Source of the DNA: an uncultured virus (IMG/VR IMGVR_UViG_3300010163_001408)
Taxonomy: Duplodnaviria; Heunggongvirae; Uroviricota; Caudoviricetes
Length of the DNA: 64,000 nt
Virus record (IMG/VR): IMGVR_UViG_3300010163_001408
Reading direction: 5' to 3' (one strand)
Shown here: one piece after another, positions 28,357 to 38,275 of the stretch
Layout of the letters: each line of letters starts with the position of its first letter
How positions within the stretch are numbered: position 1 is the stretch's first letter
Position numbers and translations under genes: made by a program
Notes under the pieces: model-generated
Seen by the model: only the letters and a program-made list of their open reading frames with translations
The model's database searches: none
Told to the model about the DNA's origin: nothing

Positions 28357-28767
28357 ATGGTGCTTAATATGGCAGCTATTAAGATGAATGATTCATTAGA
28401 GAATAAAAGAAAAGTAACACCAATGGACATAACCAATTTAGGTGAAGAGTCAGGACCATACGTAACAGTAGCAGTAATGGATCTTATACAAGTAGCAGTA
28501 TTACTATTAAGAAACTTAGTGATAAATCAAGAATTAAATGCATCAAGCATAACAATAGAAGGTTTATTAAAAAATATACCAGCTGAATTTAGAGCAGAGC
28601 CATGGTACAATTATTTTAAAGTAAATACGAGTAGAATTAATAAATGGTTAAAGCAATATCAGGACGGAATGGCAATAAGAATGTTACCTGGGCAATATGG
28701 TATATTTTATGATAATGTAAAATGGTTATATGAGTCGGTAGAAAAAGCACATAGCATGAGAAATTAG
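28357..28767 (+). CDS. Hypothetical protein
   Basis: 136-aa ORF, RBS GGAGG. Confidence 0.7.
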   Translation: MVLNMAAIKMNDSLENKRKVTPMDITNLGEESGPYVTVAVMDLIQVAVLLLRNLVINQELNASSITIEGLLKNIPAEFRAEPWYNYFKVNTSRINKWLKQYQDGMAIRMLPGQYGIFYDNVKWLYESVEKAHSMRN

Positions 28768-28785
28768 ATAAGGGGATAAAGTGAC

Positions 28786-29108
28786 ATGACTATAGACAGA
28801 ACAAAACTTAAAGATAAAACAGGATTTCAATATAGATATGGTACAGATGACGTAGTAGCTGTTATTATAACAGTAAGAATAACAGAGCATTCAAGATTAT
28901 AAGTACAAGAGATGGGTATCAAAGTTGTGAATGCATACAGGGAATAAAACCTTACTTCATTCCCTACTTAGTAGCAAACAAAATGTGTACAGAAGAGGAA
29001 AAACAGCTACCAACTGAGGAATTGAGCAGAATAACAATAAAACATGTATGTGAGGCATTTGAAGAAAATTATAAAGAACAAGTAAAATCATTAACAGATA
29101 CATTATAA
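28786..29108 (+). pseudogene. Frameshifted paralogue of 27403-27690
   Basis: After a 1-nt shift near 28860 it reads CYYNSKNNRAFKIISTRDGYQS...KMCTEEEKQLP...CEAFEENYKEQV. Confidence 0.75.
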
Positions 29109-29142
29109 AACAAACAGTGATAAAACAAAAAGAACGAAAGGC

Positions 29143-29349
29143 ATGAATAAAAAGCAAATGAAACAAGCACCTTGTAAAGATTGTACAAAAAGAGAATTAG
29201 GTTGTCATGGAAAATGCGAACTATATAAAGAATTTCAAGTAGAAACACAGGAATTTAAAAGAAACATTAAGAAACAAAAAAGAGAATCTAATGAACATAT
29301 AGCATACTTAAAAGATGTAAAAGAGAAACATCGAAGATGTAAAAGATAA
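29143..29349 (+). CDS. Small Cys-rich basic protein (possible zinc finger)
   Basis: PCKDC..R..GCHGKC..Y. Confidence 0.6.
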   Translation: MNKKQMKQAPCKDCTKRELGCHGKCELYKEFQVETQEFKRNIKKQKRESNEHIAYLKDVKEKHRRCKR

Positions 29350-29372
29350 AGAATGAAATGGAGAAACAATAT

Positions 29373-30146
29373 ATGAGAAACAATAAAAAGATTTCAATAG
29401 GGACAATATTAGTAACCATACTATTTTTAATAATAGGAACCGTTTTTGTTGGTGTAAGTGAAATATTTCCATCAGCAGATGACATATTGAATAATGGTGG
29501 AGAAGAAATAGATGTGCAAATAATTAACGTTGATAATGCAAATGGAGTTACAACAGTACAAGTAGCTGATAATAATTCTAAGTATAGTGGAGAAGTAGTA
29601 AACATAAATGCAATATCAAGTTCATGGTATGACGGACTTTATACAAAAGGTTATTATGATGGTGACACACTTTTATTATCAGATGTACTTGTAATTGCAA
29701 ATATACTTAGTGCAATAGGAAAAGTATTACAGCTAGTTGGATTAATAATGACAATAGCATTAGGCATTAAGCTATTATTAAAAGTAGGAATTGCAGGAGT
29801 ATTGATAGGTTTAGCAGCTAAACAACAGAAAGATCAAAATAGATATGATCAACAAGCATTTGAACAACAGTTACAACAGCAACAGTGGTCAGGACAACAA
29901 ATGAATCAGCAGATGCCATTAGGACAGATACAGAGTTTAGATCAGATGCAACAACAGCAACAACCTTATAACAATCAACAGTGGTCAGGGCAACAAAATC
30001 AAGTAAATCAACAGCAGTTTACACAGCAAGGTCAACAAAATCAAATAAACCAGCAATACTATAACAATCAGCAACAGTATTATAATCAGCAACAGTATTA
30101 TAATCAACAACAATATGATAATCAAAACAATTCAGGGTGGCAATAA
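29373..30146 (+). CDS. Membrane protein with Gln/Asn-rich C-terminal tail
   Basis: N-terminal TM, further TM segments, QQQYYN-type repeats; ATG 29373 follows GGAG. Confidence 0.7.
   Translation: MRNNKKISIGTILVTILFLIIGTVFVGVSEIFPSADDILNNGGEEIDVQIINVDNANGVTTVQVADNNSKYSGEVVNINAISSSWYDGLYTKGYYDGDTLLLSDVLVIANILSAIGKVLQLVGLIMTIALGIKLLLKVGIAGVLIGLAAKQQKDQNRYDQQAFEQQLQQQQWSGQQMNQQMPLGQIQSLDQMQQQQQPYNNQQWSGQQNQVNQQQFTQQGQQNQINQQYYNNQQQYYNQQQYYNQQQYDNQNNSGWQ
30066..30119 (+). repeat. 18-bp tandem repeat x3 (NQQQYY)
   Basis: AATCAGCAACAGTATTAT twice plus one degenerate copy. Confidence 0.7.
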
Positions 30147-30188
30147 TAAGCATTATAAATAAAAATTAAAAAGAAATTTTGAAAAATA

Positions 30189-30217
30189 TTGACAACTTAA
30201 GTACAAAATGTTATAAT
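30189..30217 (+). promoter_or_regulatory. Consensus sigmaA promoter, near-copy of the 27782 promoter
   Basis: TTGACA-N17-TATAAT with TG. Confidence 0.9.
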
Positions 30218-30236
30218 GTATATGTAGGATAAGAAA

Positions 30237-30479
30237 ATGAAGAAATTAGAAATTTTAATTAAATTGGGTGTCATAGCAACATTTATATATGAGTTGTTAT
30301 TCTTATTTAAAAATGGTACAGCTGGTAATGTGGATCACATAGTAGTTGTAATGATTATAGCAGTTATAGGTATTGTATCATTTTTTATAAAGTCAATATT
30401 CAAGATAACAAAATGGTTGTTCCTCATCACAGTAATATATACGGTGGGATCACATATAGTACCGTTGCTTAATAATTAA
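30237..30479 (+). CDS. Small membrane protein
   Basis: Two to three hydrophobic segments. Confidence 0.65.
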   Translation: MKKLEILIKLGVIATFIYELLFLFKNGTAGNVDHIVVVMIIAVIGIVSFFIKSIFKITKWLFLITVIYTVGSHIVPLLNN

Positions 30480-30506
30480 GCAAGAGAGTTTAAAGGAGGA
30501 TTTAAA

Positions 30507-30842
30507 ATGGCTTACAACGCAGACAATGAAAAGAAAGAAATGATCGGTGACTTGTGGAGTAACTCCAGAGGAGATTCCATCAAGGTCCAAAAGGTAACAA
30601 ACAAGACCAGTGGGACAGTGAATGCAGATATCAGAAGATATTACACCAATGACGATGATAAGGTTATGCCTACCCAGAAAGGTATCAGGATCAATGCAGA
30701 GTTAATTCCTGAACTTATTAAAATGCTGGCAGGCATGCTTGAGTACAGCGAGTTGGATACGGTACAGAGCAATTTGTCTGATATGCTGGAAGCAATGGAT
30801 GCAGACGAAGAGGAAGAAGATGCTGACGGAGCAGCAGAATAA
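30507..30842 (+). CDS. PC4/Sub1-like ssDNA-binding protein
   Basis: ADIRRYY...PTQKGIRI matches the PC4 DIR.(F/Y)Y...P..KGI pattern; acidic C-terminal tail. Confidence 0.7.
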   Translation: MAYNADNEKKEMIGDLWSNSRGDSIKVQKVTNKTSGTVNADIRRYYTNDDDKVMPTQKGIRINAELIPELIKMLAGMLEYSELDTVQSNLSDMLEAMDADEEEEDADGAAE

Positions 30843-30874
30843 GTAGCAGATAGCAGCTGAATAATAAAAAGTAT

Positions 30875-30912
30875 AAAGACTGACATTGTGTATACAGTGT
30901 CAGTCTTTTTTA
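30875..30912 (+). terminator. Rho-independent terminator
   Basis: AAAGACTGACA / TGTCAGTCTTT plus T run. Confidence 0.85.
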
Positions 30913-30957
30913 TTGCCTTTCATTAGGCATAGTAACTAAGGATAGAAAAATTAAAAT

Positions 30958-32985
30958 ATGTTAGGTGTGGACAAGAAAATGAATTGGAAAACAGAGGTAA
31001 TTAAAAAGAAAAATTTGGTATATGTAATGGGCATACTAATAATGGTTAGTATTATATTAATAAGAAATATTACATCAAAAGCATCTACAGATAACTTTGA
31101 TGTGGCAGAGTCAAACCATGATATACAATTAGAAACAACATTAGATTTATCTGATATAACATCAGATAAACCTAAGCTAGCATCTCTTGAAATTCAATTA
31201 AATGATTTATATATTAAAATTGCAAATGAATTAAACTGTGACTTAACATATGTTAATTTAATACATCAATTAGCTGGTGGTAGGGCATTATATATAAATA
31301 TAAATCCAAATATTTATAGTGAAACAACACTTGAAAGTGTGCAAAAGCCAGCAAGCATAAATTTAGGTGAACAAATAGAAATAGTAGAGGCACCTTTTAT
31401 AATAACTGATGAAACCAATAAGAGTATAAGAAAATCAGAGTACTACCTACCAGATGCATTATATAGTATATGTAAAAGGCTAATAGAAATGGAACAAGAA
31501 AGAAAAGACTGTGATAGAAAGCAATATGCAAAATACTTTGATTCATTAGATGATGAAGCAAAGCATCAATTATTATTTATTGAGACAGTATTATTATATA
31601 CTGGAGAAGCACAGGAGATAGTAGACAATGTGTATCCTGCATATCAAAAAATATTAGAACTTGAATTACAAGATAAATCAGCAATAAAGGAGATATTACA
31701 ACAAGTAGGAATAATTGATGAAACAAGATTAGAATATGTATGTCTTATATTAAATAGCAATGAATGTCAGTACAAAAATAAAGTATTACCTTATGAAATA
31801 AATTATATGACAAAAGAAAATATGTTTATTACTGCAGCTTCCTTAGTAGGCAAAGTAAGATATGTATGGGGAGGCGGTCATAGCGGAACATCATACATTA
31901 AGGGGATTAATCCAGCATGGGAAGAATATAATAGATTATACTTATTAGATGAATATGGATATAATAAGAGTATAAAATCAACAGAATCTTGGTGTCCAAT
32001 GCATGGAAATACTGAATCAGGTTTTCATGGTGAGACTATAAATACAGTGGATGAATATATAAATTTAAGAAAAGATTACTATACAGACATGGATGAAGAA
32101 GTGTATAGCCAATACCTTTCACAAATAGACAACGTCTACTTAGTAGATGGTACATGGAAGGATAAAAAGATAGATATACATTCGATAGATGGTTTAGATT
32201 GTAGCGGATACATAGCATGGATATTTACTCAAATGATGCCAGACAGCATGGCAGCATTATCAGCATCAGATTTTGTTAAACTTAATGGTTTCTATGAGAT
32301 ACCATTAGGAGAAAGAATGTTACCTGGAGATTTGTTTGCATGGACAGAACATATAGTGCTTATAGTAGGTGAAACACATGAAAACAGTAAAGTATATATC
32401 ACCTTAGAAGCTACATTAAACATGATAAAATTTGGAGTATTGCATTATGAAGGTGCTAAAGAAAATGATATATTAGAAGCAATGTCAATAGCTGAAGAAG
32501 CAAACAAAATAGCAGGAAACATAAATAATGAACTAGACCCATTACATGTCTATTGCATAGACAAAGTAAAATATTACACTACAGAGGAATCATTAGAAAC
32601 AGATACAGAAGTAGACACAAGTGCAGAGGAAAATCAAGAAGGTGACTTAATAGAATTATCAGAAGACATAATAGATGAAGAAGGTACACCGGAAGAGGAA
32701 ACACCAGAAGAAGATATATCAGAAGACATATCAAAAGAAGAAAACAACACAGAGGAAAAAGAATTAGTCACCAAGGAATTTGCAGTAATAGGTAGATACC
32801 TAAACGGCTTTGTGGACAATGATGAATCAAATTTTAGTAACTCATATGCAGTAGAAATTATTCAACATACATTTGATAAATTGCCTATAACATATCTACT
32901 AGGCTATAATGAATATGAGGGAGATTTTTTTAATAAGAACTCCATGGGCTTAAGCATAGGCATTGAAAAAATAGATGTAGAATAA
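30958..32985 (+). CDS. Membrane-anchored or secreted NlpC/P60-type cell-wall hydrolase
   Basis: N-terminal TM; YVWGG, GLDCSGYIAW, PGDLF, HIV catalytic motifs. Confidence 0.7.
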   Translation: MLGVDKKMNWKTEVIKKKNLVYVMGILIMVSIILIRNITSKASTDNFDVAESNHDIQLETTLDLSDITSDKPKLASLEIQLNDLYIKIANELNCDLTYVNLIHQLAGGRALYININPNIYSETTLESVQKPASINLGEQIEIVEAPFIITDETNKSIRKSEYYLPDALYSICKRLIEMEQERKDCDRKQYAKYFDSLDDEAKHQLLFIETVLLYTGEAQEIVDNVYPAYQKILELELQDKSAIKEILQQVGIIDETRLEYVCLILNSNECQYKNKVLPYEINYMTKENMFITAASLVGKVRYVWGGGHSGTSYIKGINPAWEEYNRLYLLDEYGYNKSIKSTESWCPMHGNTESGFHGETINTVDEYINLRKDYYTDMDEEVYSQYLSQIDNVYLVDGTWKDKKIDIHSIDGLDCSGYIAWIFTQMMPDSMAALSASDFVKLNGFYEIPLGERMLPGDLFAWTEHIVLIVGETHENSKVYITLEATLNMIKFGVLHYEGAKENDILEAMSIAEEANKIAGNINNELDPLHVYCIDKVKYYTTEESLETDTEVDTSAEENQEGDLIELSEDIIDEEGTPEEETPEEDISEDISKEENNTEEKELVTKEFAVIGRYLNGFVDNDESNFSNSYAVEIIQHTFDKLPITYLLGYNEYEGDFFNKNSMGLSIGIEKIDVE

Positions 32986-33110
32986 TAGATAAACTAATCA
33001 ATCAGGAAACTCAAAATAAACTAGTTATTAAAATTATAAATACCCAAAAAATGGCATGTAATTCATGGGGAATTAAATTCAATTTTATTTTAAAGAAAGT
33101 GAAAATTATT

Positions 33111-34784
33111 ATGAGCATCATTCACAACGGACAGGTCATACCAGATTCAACAGACATACTTTTAGAAAAATGGAAGTTAAAATCAGTAACAGGAGAGAAA
33201 AAACCAGAAAAGCCTGGTTTCTGTGCATTCAACAACATAGTTTATGGGTTGGACTTATTAAGAAAGCACATAATAAACAATAGTAAAATAGCATTACATA
33301 CTGATGTTGATGTGGACGGAATAGGTACAACCTATATAATGAAAAAGACACTTGAACATTTAGGGTCAAATCAGCATATACTTGTAATAAACAAGGACAA
33401 AGATCATGGTATACAGCAAAAGCATGCTTTATACTTTAACAAAAATAAAATAGACCTTATAATAATAACAGATTCAAGTTCAAATGAAATAGAAACAATA
33501 AAAATGTTTAATTGTGACGTATTATGTATAGATCATCATGAGTTAACACACAATGATCTACTTGGGTATTGTAATGATGGCAAGCATAGATATGTAATAA
33601 TTAACAACACTATAGATAATAAAAACTTTGGGTTTGATAAAGGGTGGTTAAAGCAAAAAAATGTATCAGCATTCAATAATATAGAAGAATACAAAGGAAC
33701 TCAAGATATGTCATGTGGTTTAGTAGTTTATGAGCTTCTACGAATTTACTGTGAATGCTTTGATAATCCAAAACTATTAGAAAATCTTATGTTATATGAA
33801 TGGGTAGGGGTTACATTAATAACTGATGTAATCAATACACTAAATGATAGAAACCAGTGGTATTTAAACCAGACAGTATTTAATAATGACACAGAACATA
33901 CACTTAAAGTAATGTTAAACATTATAAATAAGTACAAGGCAACACTGGATAAGTCTTATATACAATATACATTCGCACCACTCATAAATAAAGCCATAAG
34001 AGCAGATAAAGGCTCACATGCATTAAATATTATAATAAATGAGCCTAATAATATTTTGGAACTTAATAAATATAAAAAGTTACAGGAAGATGCAATTGAT
34101 AAAGCTTGTTATTATAGTGTAACCAGAAACATTAATAACGAAGTGGTATCAAAAAATCCCAAAGTATTTACAGGTGAGAATATACAATTAAACATTGGAG
34201 AACTCAATATTAATAAGAATTATTCTGGAGTTATAGCAAGTAAATTAAGCGGAGACAATAATAAAAATGCAGCTGTGTTTATTATAAACGATAAGGGACT
34301 TTGTAAAGGCAGCTTTAGAGGAAAGTATAAAGAAGTAGACTATAGAAAATACTTTGATAATTATAGTGATGACATTTATGCCCAAGGACATCCAGGGGCA
34401 TTTGGATTTGAATTAACAAAAGAACAATTAGATTATTTAATGTCTAATATAAAAAGTATAGAACCTACAGAGGATCCAAAGCCTTGGCTAACACTGGGTA
34501 ATATGAAACCTGAGGAGTATGGAGTATACCACATAATAGATTTTAATAAGTTTAAACAACAAGGATATTTATGGAAGATAGCAACTGGAAATTCTAAAGT
34601 AACATCTAAAGATGAAATAGTCGTAAGGGTTAAGGCCTGTGATGTGGTCCTTAAATCTACAAAAGGAAAAATTTTAATTTATGATGTATTCGGTATGGAA
34701 TGCAAGGCATTCAAACCTTTGGCAGGGGAGTACTTTGACATATACATGGAATACACAAATGAAATCAATATTTTTATTAAATAA
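33111..34784 (+). CDS. DHH-family phosphoesterase (RecJ-like ssDNA exonuclease)
   Basis: HTDVDVDG, ITD, IDHH, KGSFRG, GHPGAFG (DHHA1); ATG 33111 preferred over 33051. Confidence 0.85.
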   Translation: MSIIHNGQVIPDSTDILLEKWKLKSVTGEKKPEKPGFCAFNNIVYGLDLLRKHIINNSKIALHTDVDVDGIGTTYIMKKTLEHLGSNQHILVINKDKDHGIQQKHALYFNKNKIDLIIITDSSSNEIETIKMFNCDVLCIDHHELTHNDLLGYCNDGKHRYVIINNTIDNKNFGFDKGWLKQKNVSAFNNIEEYKGTQDMSCGLVVYELLRIYCECFDNPKLLENLMLYEWVGVTLITDVINTLNDRNQWYLNQTVFNNDTEHTLKVMLNIINKYKATLDKSYIQYTFAPLINKAIRADKGSHALNIIINEPNNILELNKYKKLQEDAIDKACYYSVTRNINNEVVSKNPKVFTGENIQLNIGELNINKNYSGVIASKLSGDNNKNAAVFIINDKGLCKGSFRGKYKEVDYRKYFDNYSDDIYAQGHPGAFGFELTKEQLDYLMSNIKSIEPTEDPKPWLTLGNMKPEEYGVYHIIDFNKFKQQGYLWKIATGNSKVTSKDEIVVRVKACDVVLKSTKGKILIYDVFGMECKAFKPLAGEYFDIYMEYTNEINIFIK

Positions 34785-34808
34785 CAAAGACGAAAGGTAG
34801 GAGTTGAC

Positions 34809-35672
34809 ATGAGAGTAGGAAAGAGAGTAAATAACAATATTAGTAGAGCAACAAACCCTACTAAGAATTACTCAAAGAAAAATTTATTGGTAATAGGGGT
34901 ACTGGCTATAACCATATTATTGATAATATGGGTTTATACTATGGGTAGGAAAGCAGAAGAAACAGTAAGTGTCATTATGTTTGCAGAACCGATTTACAAG
35001 AATGAAGTAGTAACAGAGAGTATGCTTAAAGAGTATCAAATGCTCAAGGGAGAATTTGAAAAATATGCAGTGACAGATGAAAACGGAAATACTCAGAGAA
35101 GAATATTACTCTGGGATGAAAGATATAACATAATTAACTGGTTTGCAGCTTATCCTTTACAACAGGATACAGTGGCAATGTATACAGACTTCATTAAATC
35201 AAGAACAGATAACAGTGATACTGTATTGTATTCATATCCTGGAAAAGATATTGTAGCATTGGAAATTGGTACGTCTGAACTTCAAGCATTCAAGACATTT
35301 TTGGAGCCCGGTGATAAAATAAATATCACTGCAATATACAAGATAGATGAAACTGTATACGTAGAAGATGAATATGGTGAACTTACAAGACAGGAAGTAG
35401 AAACAGTAAAAGAAGAAACAGTATTTAAAGATATTACAGTAGCAGACTTATTAAATAGTGCTGGTGATTCAATTTTGGATATATATGCTTCTTATAGAGA
35501 AAGAACAGTTTATCAGCAAGCAAACTTAGATGCTAACGAAGCATTTAAGTCAAGCGTTCAGCCAGCAACAATGCTTGTAGCACTTACACCTGAAGAAGTG
35601 AAATTGTATTATACATACTTAAGTAAGAGAGATATTGAATTTAGAGTATCATTACCTCAGAGAGTTGAGTAA
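34809..35672 (+). CDS. cpaB: CpaB/RcpC-like (SAF domain) pilus assembly protein
   Basis: N-terminal TM, SAF-like segment, LEPGDKINI, VALTPEE; first gene of the tad-like locus. Confidence 0.65.
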   Translation: MRVGKRVNNNISRATNPTKNYSKKNLLVIGVLAITILLIIWVYTMGRKAEETVSVIMFAEPIYKNEVVTESMLKEYQMLKGEFEKYAVTDENGNTQRRILLWDERYNIINWFAAYPLQQDTVAMYTDFIKSRTDNSDTVLYSYPGKDIVALEIGTSELQAFKTFLEPGDKINITAIYKIDETVYVEDEYGELTRQEVETVKEETVFKDITVADLLNSAGDSILDIYASYRERTVYQQANLDANEAFKSSVQPATMLVALTPEEVKLYYTYLSKRDIEFRVSLPQRVE

Positions 35673-35717
35673 TAACAATAAAACAAAAACAATAAGTGAC
35701 CATAGGAGAAAGATAAC

Positions 35718-36614
35718 ATGGGATTTCTGAATAAAAAAATTAAAGCAATAGAAAATGGCGAGGCTCAAACAAACCTCGCCAAGTCAGCTTCAGACATGGC
35801 ATCAGATGTTATTAAGGAGTTGTCTGGTAAGGGTGAATTTGAACAAAAGAAAATACCTGATAACATTATAGCATTTACTAATTCATCAGGTGGCACTGGT
35901 GCATCAACATTAATTAGTAATATAGCATATACATTACATAGCAGAGGATTTAAAGTACTGCTGATAGACTTAAATATCACATGTCCTATACAGCATACTT
36001 ACTTAGGAATACAGCAAGAATTAGAGAAGAATGACCTTGTTAGTTATTTGTTAGGTAAGACGCAATTAAGTGAAAGCATTGATACATCAAAGAGTATAAA
36101 TCTGTTATATGCAAACAATAGAACATTGACAGATGAAATAAACTGTAATGACGGTGTAGCAATTGAGAACTTCGAGATAATGCTAAAGAAGGCAAGACAG
36201 TACTATGATATAGTGCTTATAGATTGTCCAATGCGCATAGATAATATGTTACAAAATGTTATGTTTTATAATGCAGATTCCATATATGTTGTTTGGGATG
36301 AAGGAATAGGTTCTATAATAAACACTGAAAGAATAAGAAGAAATATGGCTCTTTCTGGCATAGACAGTTTCACAAAAATGAGAGTCATATTAAATAAAAG
36401 AACATCAGTACATTTCTCCGATTATCCATTGAATAAGTTGAATATGGAACTTATAGGAGTATTACCATTCGATGTAGATATTATAGATAACTCCTTAAAA
36501 GGACAGATATTCTGTGAGAAGGGTTCTAGTAACTCTAAAAATGCAATAGAGTTTGCAAAGAAAATTCAAGAGATATCAAACAAAATACTTAAAATTGGTG
36601 GATATGTAGAATAA
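35718..36614 (+). CDS. CpaE/TadZ-like MinD/ParA-family ATPase
   Basis: Deviant Walker A NSSGGTGASTL, VLLIDL, YDIVLIDCP, ILNK. Confidence 0.8.
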   Translation: MGFLNKKIKAIENGEAQTNLAKSASDMASDVIKELSGKGEFEQKKIPDNIIAFTNSSGGTGASTLISNIAYTLHSRGFKVLLIDLNITCPIQHTYLGIQQELEKNDLVSYLLGKTQLSESIDTSKSINLLYANNRTLTDEINCNDGVAIENFEIMLKKARQYYDIVLIDCPMRIDNMLQNVMFYNADSIYVVWDEGIGSIINTERIRRNMALSGIDSFTKMRVILNKRTSVHFSDYPLNKLNMELIGVLPFDVDIIDNSLKGQIFCEKGSSNSKNAIEFAKKIQEISNKILKIGGYVE

Positions 36615-38263
36615 TGGGAAAAATAAAAGACTTAACAGGACAGAAATTTGGACACTTAACAATCATAAAGGAACTTGGAGGGGGTAAGGTATTATGCCAA
36701 TGTGATTGTGAAAATCACACTATAAAAGAAGAGTTTAAAAGCAATGTTGTTAGAGGTACTATTAAATCATGTGGCTGTTGCTTTAGAGCATCAAAGAATA
36801 CAGCCATAAAAGAAGATTTAACAGGGAAAAAATTTCATCATTGGACAGTATTAGAAGAATTAGGCAAGAGCAAGATATTGTGTCAATGTGATTGTAAGAA
36901 TAAAACACAAAAGATATTATATAAAAAAGCAGTAAAAAATGGGAAGACAAAGTCATGCGGATGTGCTGCAAAAGAATATATGGATTTGACAGGTAAACAG
37001 TTTGGAGAATGGACAGTACTTGAATATGTAGGTAATGAAAAGTGGTTATGCCAATGTTCTTGTAAGAATAAAACACAAAGAATACTATACAGATCAAGTT
37101 TAATAAACGGTGATAGCAGGTCCTGTGGATGTAAACAAGCAGAGCATATGAAAGCTACCATGATAAAATTATATGGTGAAACAAATAGCAGGAAAGTAGA
37201 CGCACCAAGAGAGACTTGGCAAATAGATGCAGTAGCATCTAAAGAAAATATGTATAAGTACATAAAGAGTTTAGGGTCTAAACCTACAGTAAGGGAATTG
37301 TCAAACAATCTTGGGATAACTATATCGACTACATTAGTAAAAATACATAATTATGAGTTGAATGAATATGTAGACTTACAGCCTATGGTATCCACAGATG
37401 AAAAAGAATTATTGTCATATGTTAAACAAATATACAATGGAGAAATAATAACAAACTCTAGAAATATATTAGATAATAATTATGAATTGGATATATACAT
37501 CCCAGATAAGAAAATTGCAATAGAGTTTAATGGTAACTATTGGCATTCGGACTTAAACAAAGATAGAAATTATCATAAAAATAAGACTAAAGCTTGTAAA
37601 GAAAAGGGGATATATCTTATTCATATATTTGAATATGAATGGATAGAAAATAAAGAAGGCATAAAAGGATATTTAAGCAATATATTACAAGATACAATGC
37701 ATACAAAAATTTATGGTAGGAATACAAGAGTTGTAGAAATACATGATAATGATATAATAAAGGACTTTGAGAATTATAATCATTTACAAAAATATTGCAG
37801 AGCATCAATAACAATAGGTTTATATAGCGAAGATAATGAATTGTTAGGTATAATGTCATTTGGAACACCTAGATTCAATAAAAAATATCAGTGTGAATTA
37901 ATAAGATTATGTTTTAAACATAATATAAATGTAGTAGGTGGTTCAGAAAAGTTATTCAATTACTTTATAAATAATTATAAGCCTGAATCAATTATATCAT
38001 ACTGTAATGCATCAAAGTTTAATGGAGAAGTTTATACCAGATTAGGATTCAGTTCAAATGATTGGACAGAGCCAAATTATGTGTGGTGCAACAGTTACAA
38101 TGATGTTTTACCAAGATATCAAACACAAAAAGGCAAACTAGTTGCTAATGGACTTGGTACAAATGATCAAACAGAAGATGAAATATTAAAGGCATTAGGT
38201 TATTATAAGGTTTACGATAGCGGAAATATAATATACATTTGGAATAACAATATAGAAGGGTAG
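36614..38263 (+). CDS. Freestanding homing-endonuclease-like protein 1
   Basis: DLTGxKF...CQCDC...SCGC repeats; ELDIYIP..KIAIEFNGNYWHS (Vsr/DUF559-like PD-(D/E)xK); conserved C-terminal domain. Confidence 0.75.
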   Translation: MGKIKDLTGQKFGHLTIIKELGGGKVLCQCDCENHTIKEEFKSNVVRGTIKSCGCCFRASKNTAIKEDLTGKKFHHWTVLEELGKSKILCQCDCKNKTQKILYKKAVKNGKTKSCGCAAKEYMDLTGKQFGEWTVLEYVGNEKWLCQCSCKNKTQRILYRSSLINGDSRSCGCKQAEHMKATMIKLYGETNSRKVDAPRETWQIDAVASKENMYKYIKSLGSKPTVRELSNNLGITISTTLVKIHNYELNEYVDLQPMVSTDEKELLSYVKQIYNGEIITNSRNILDNNYELDIYIPDKKIAIEFNGNYWHSDLNKDRNYHKNKTKACKEKGIYLIHIFEYEWIENKEGIKGYLSNILQDTMHTKIYGRNTRVVEIHDNDIIKDFENYNHLQKYCRASITIGLYSEDNELLGIMSFGTPRFNKKYQCELIRLCFKHNINVVGGSEKLFNYFINNYKPESIISYCNASKFNGEVYTRLGFSSNDWTEPNYVWCNSYNDVLPRYQTQKGKLVANGLGTNDQTEDEILKALGYYKVYDSGNIIYIWNNNIEG

Positions 38264-38275
38264 GTAAGATAGTAT

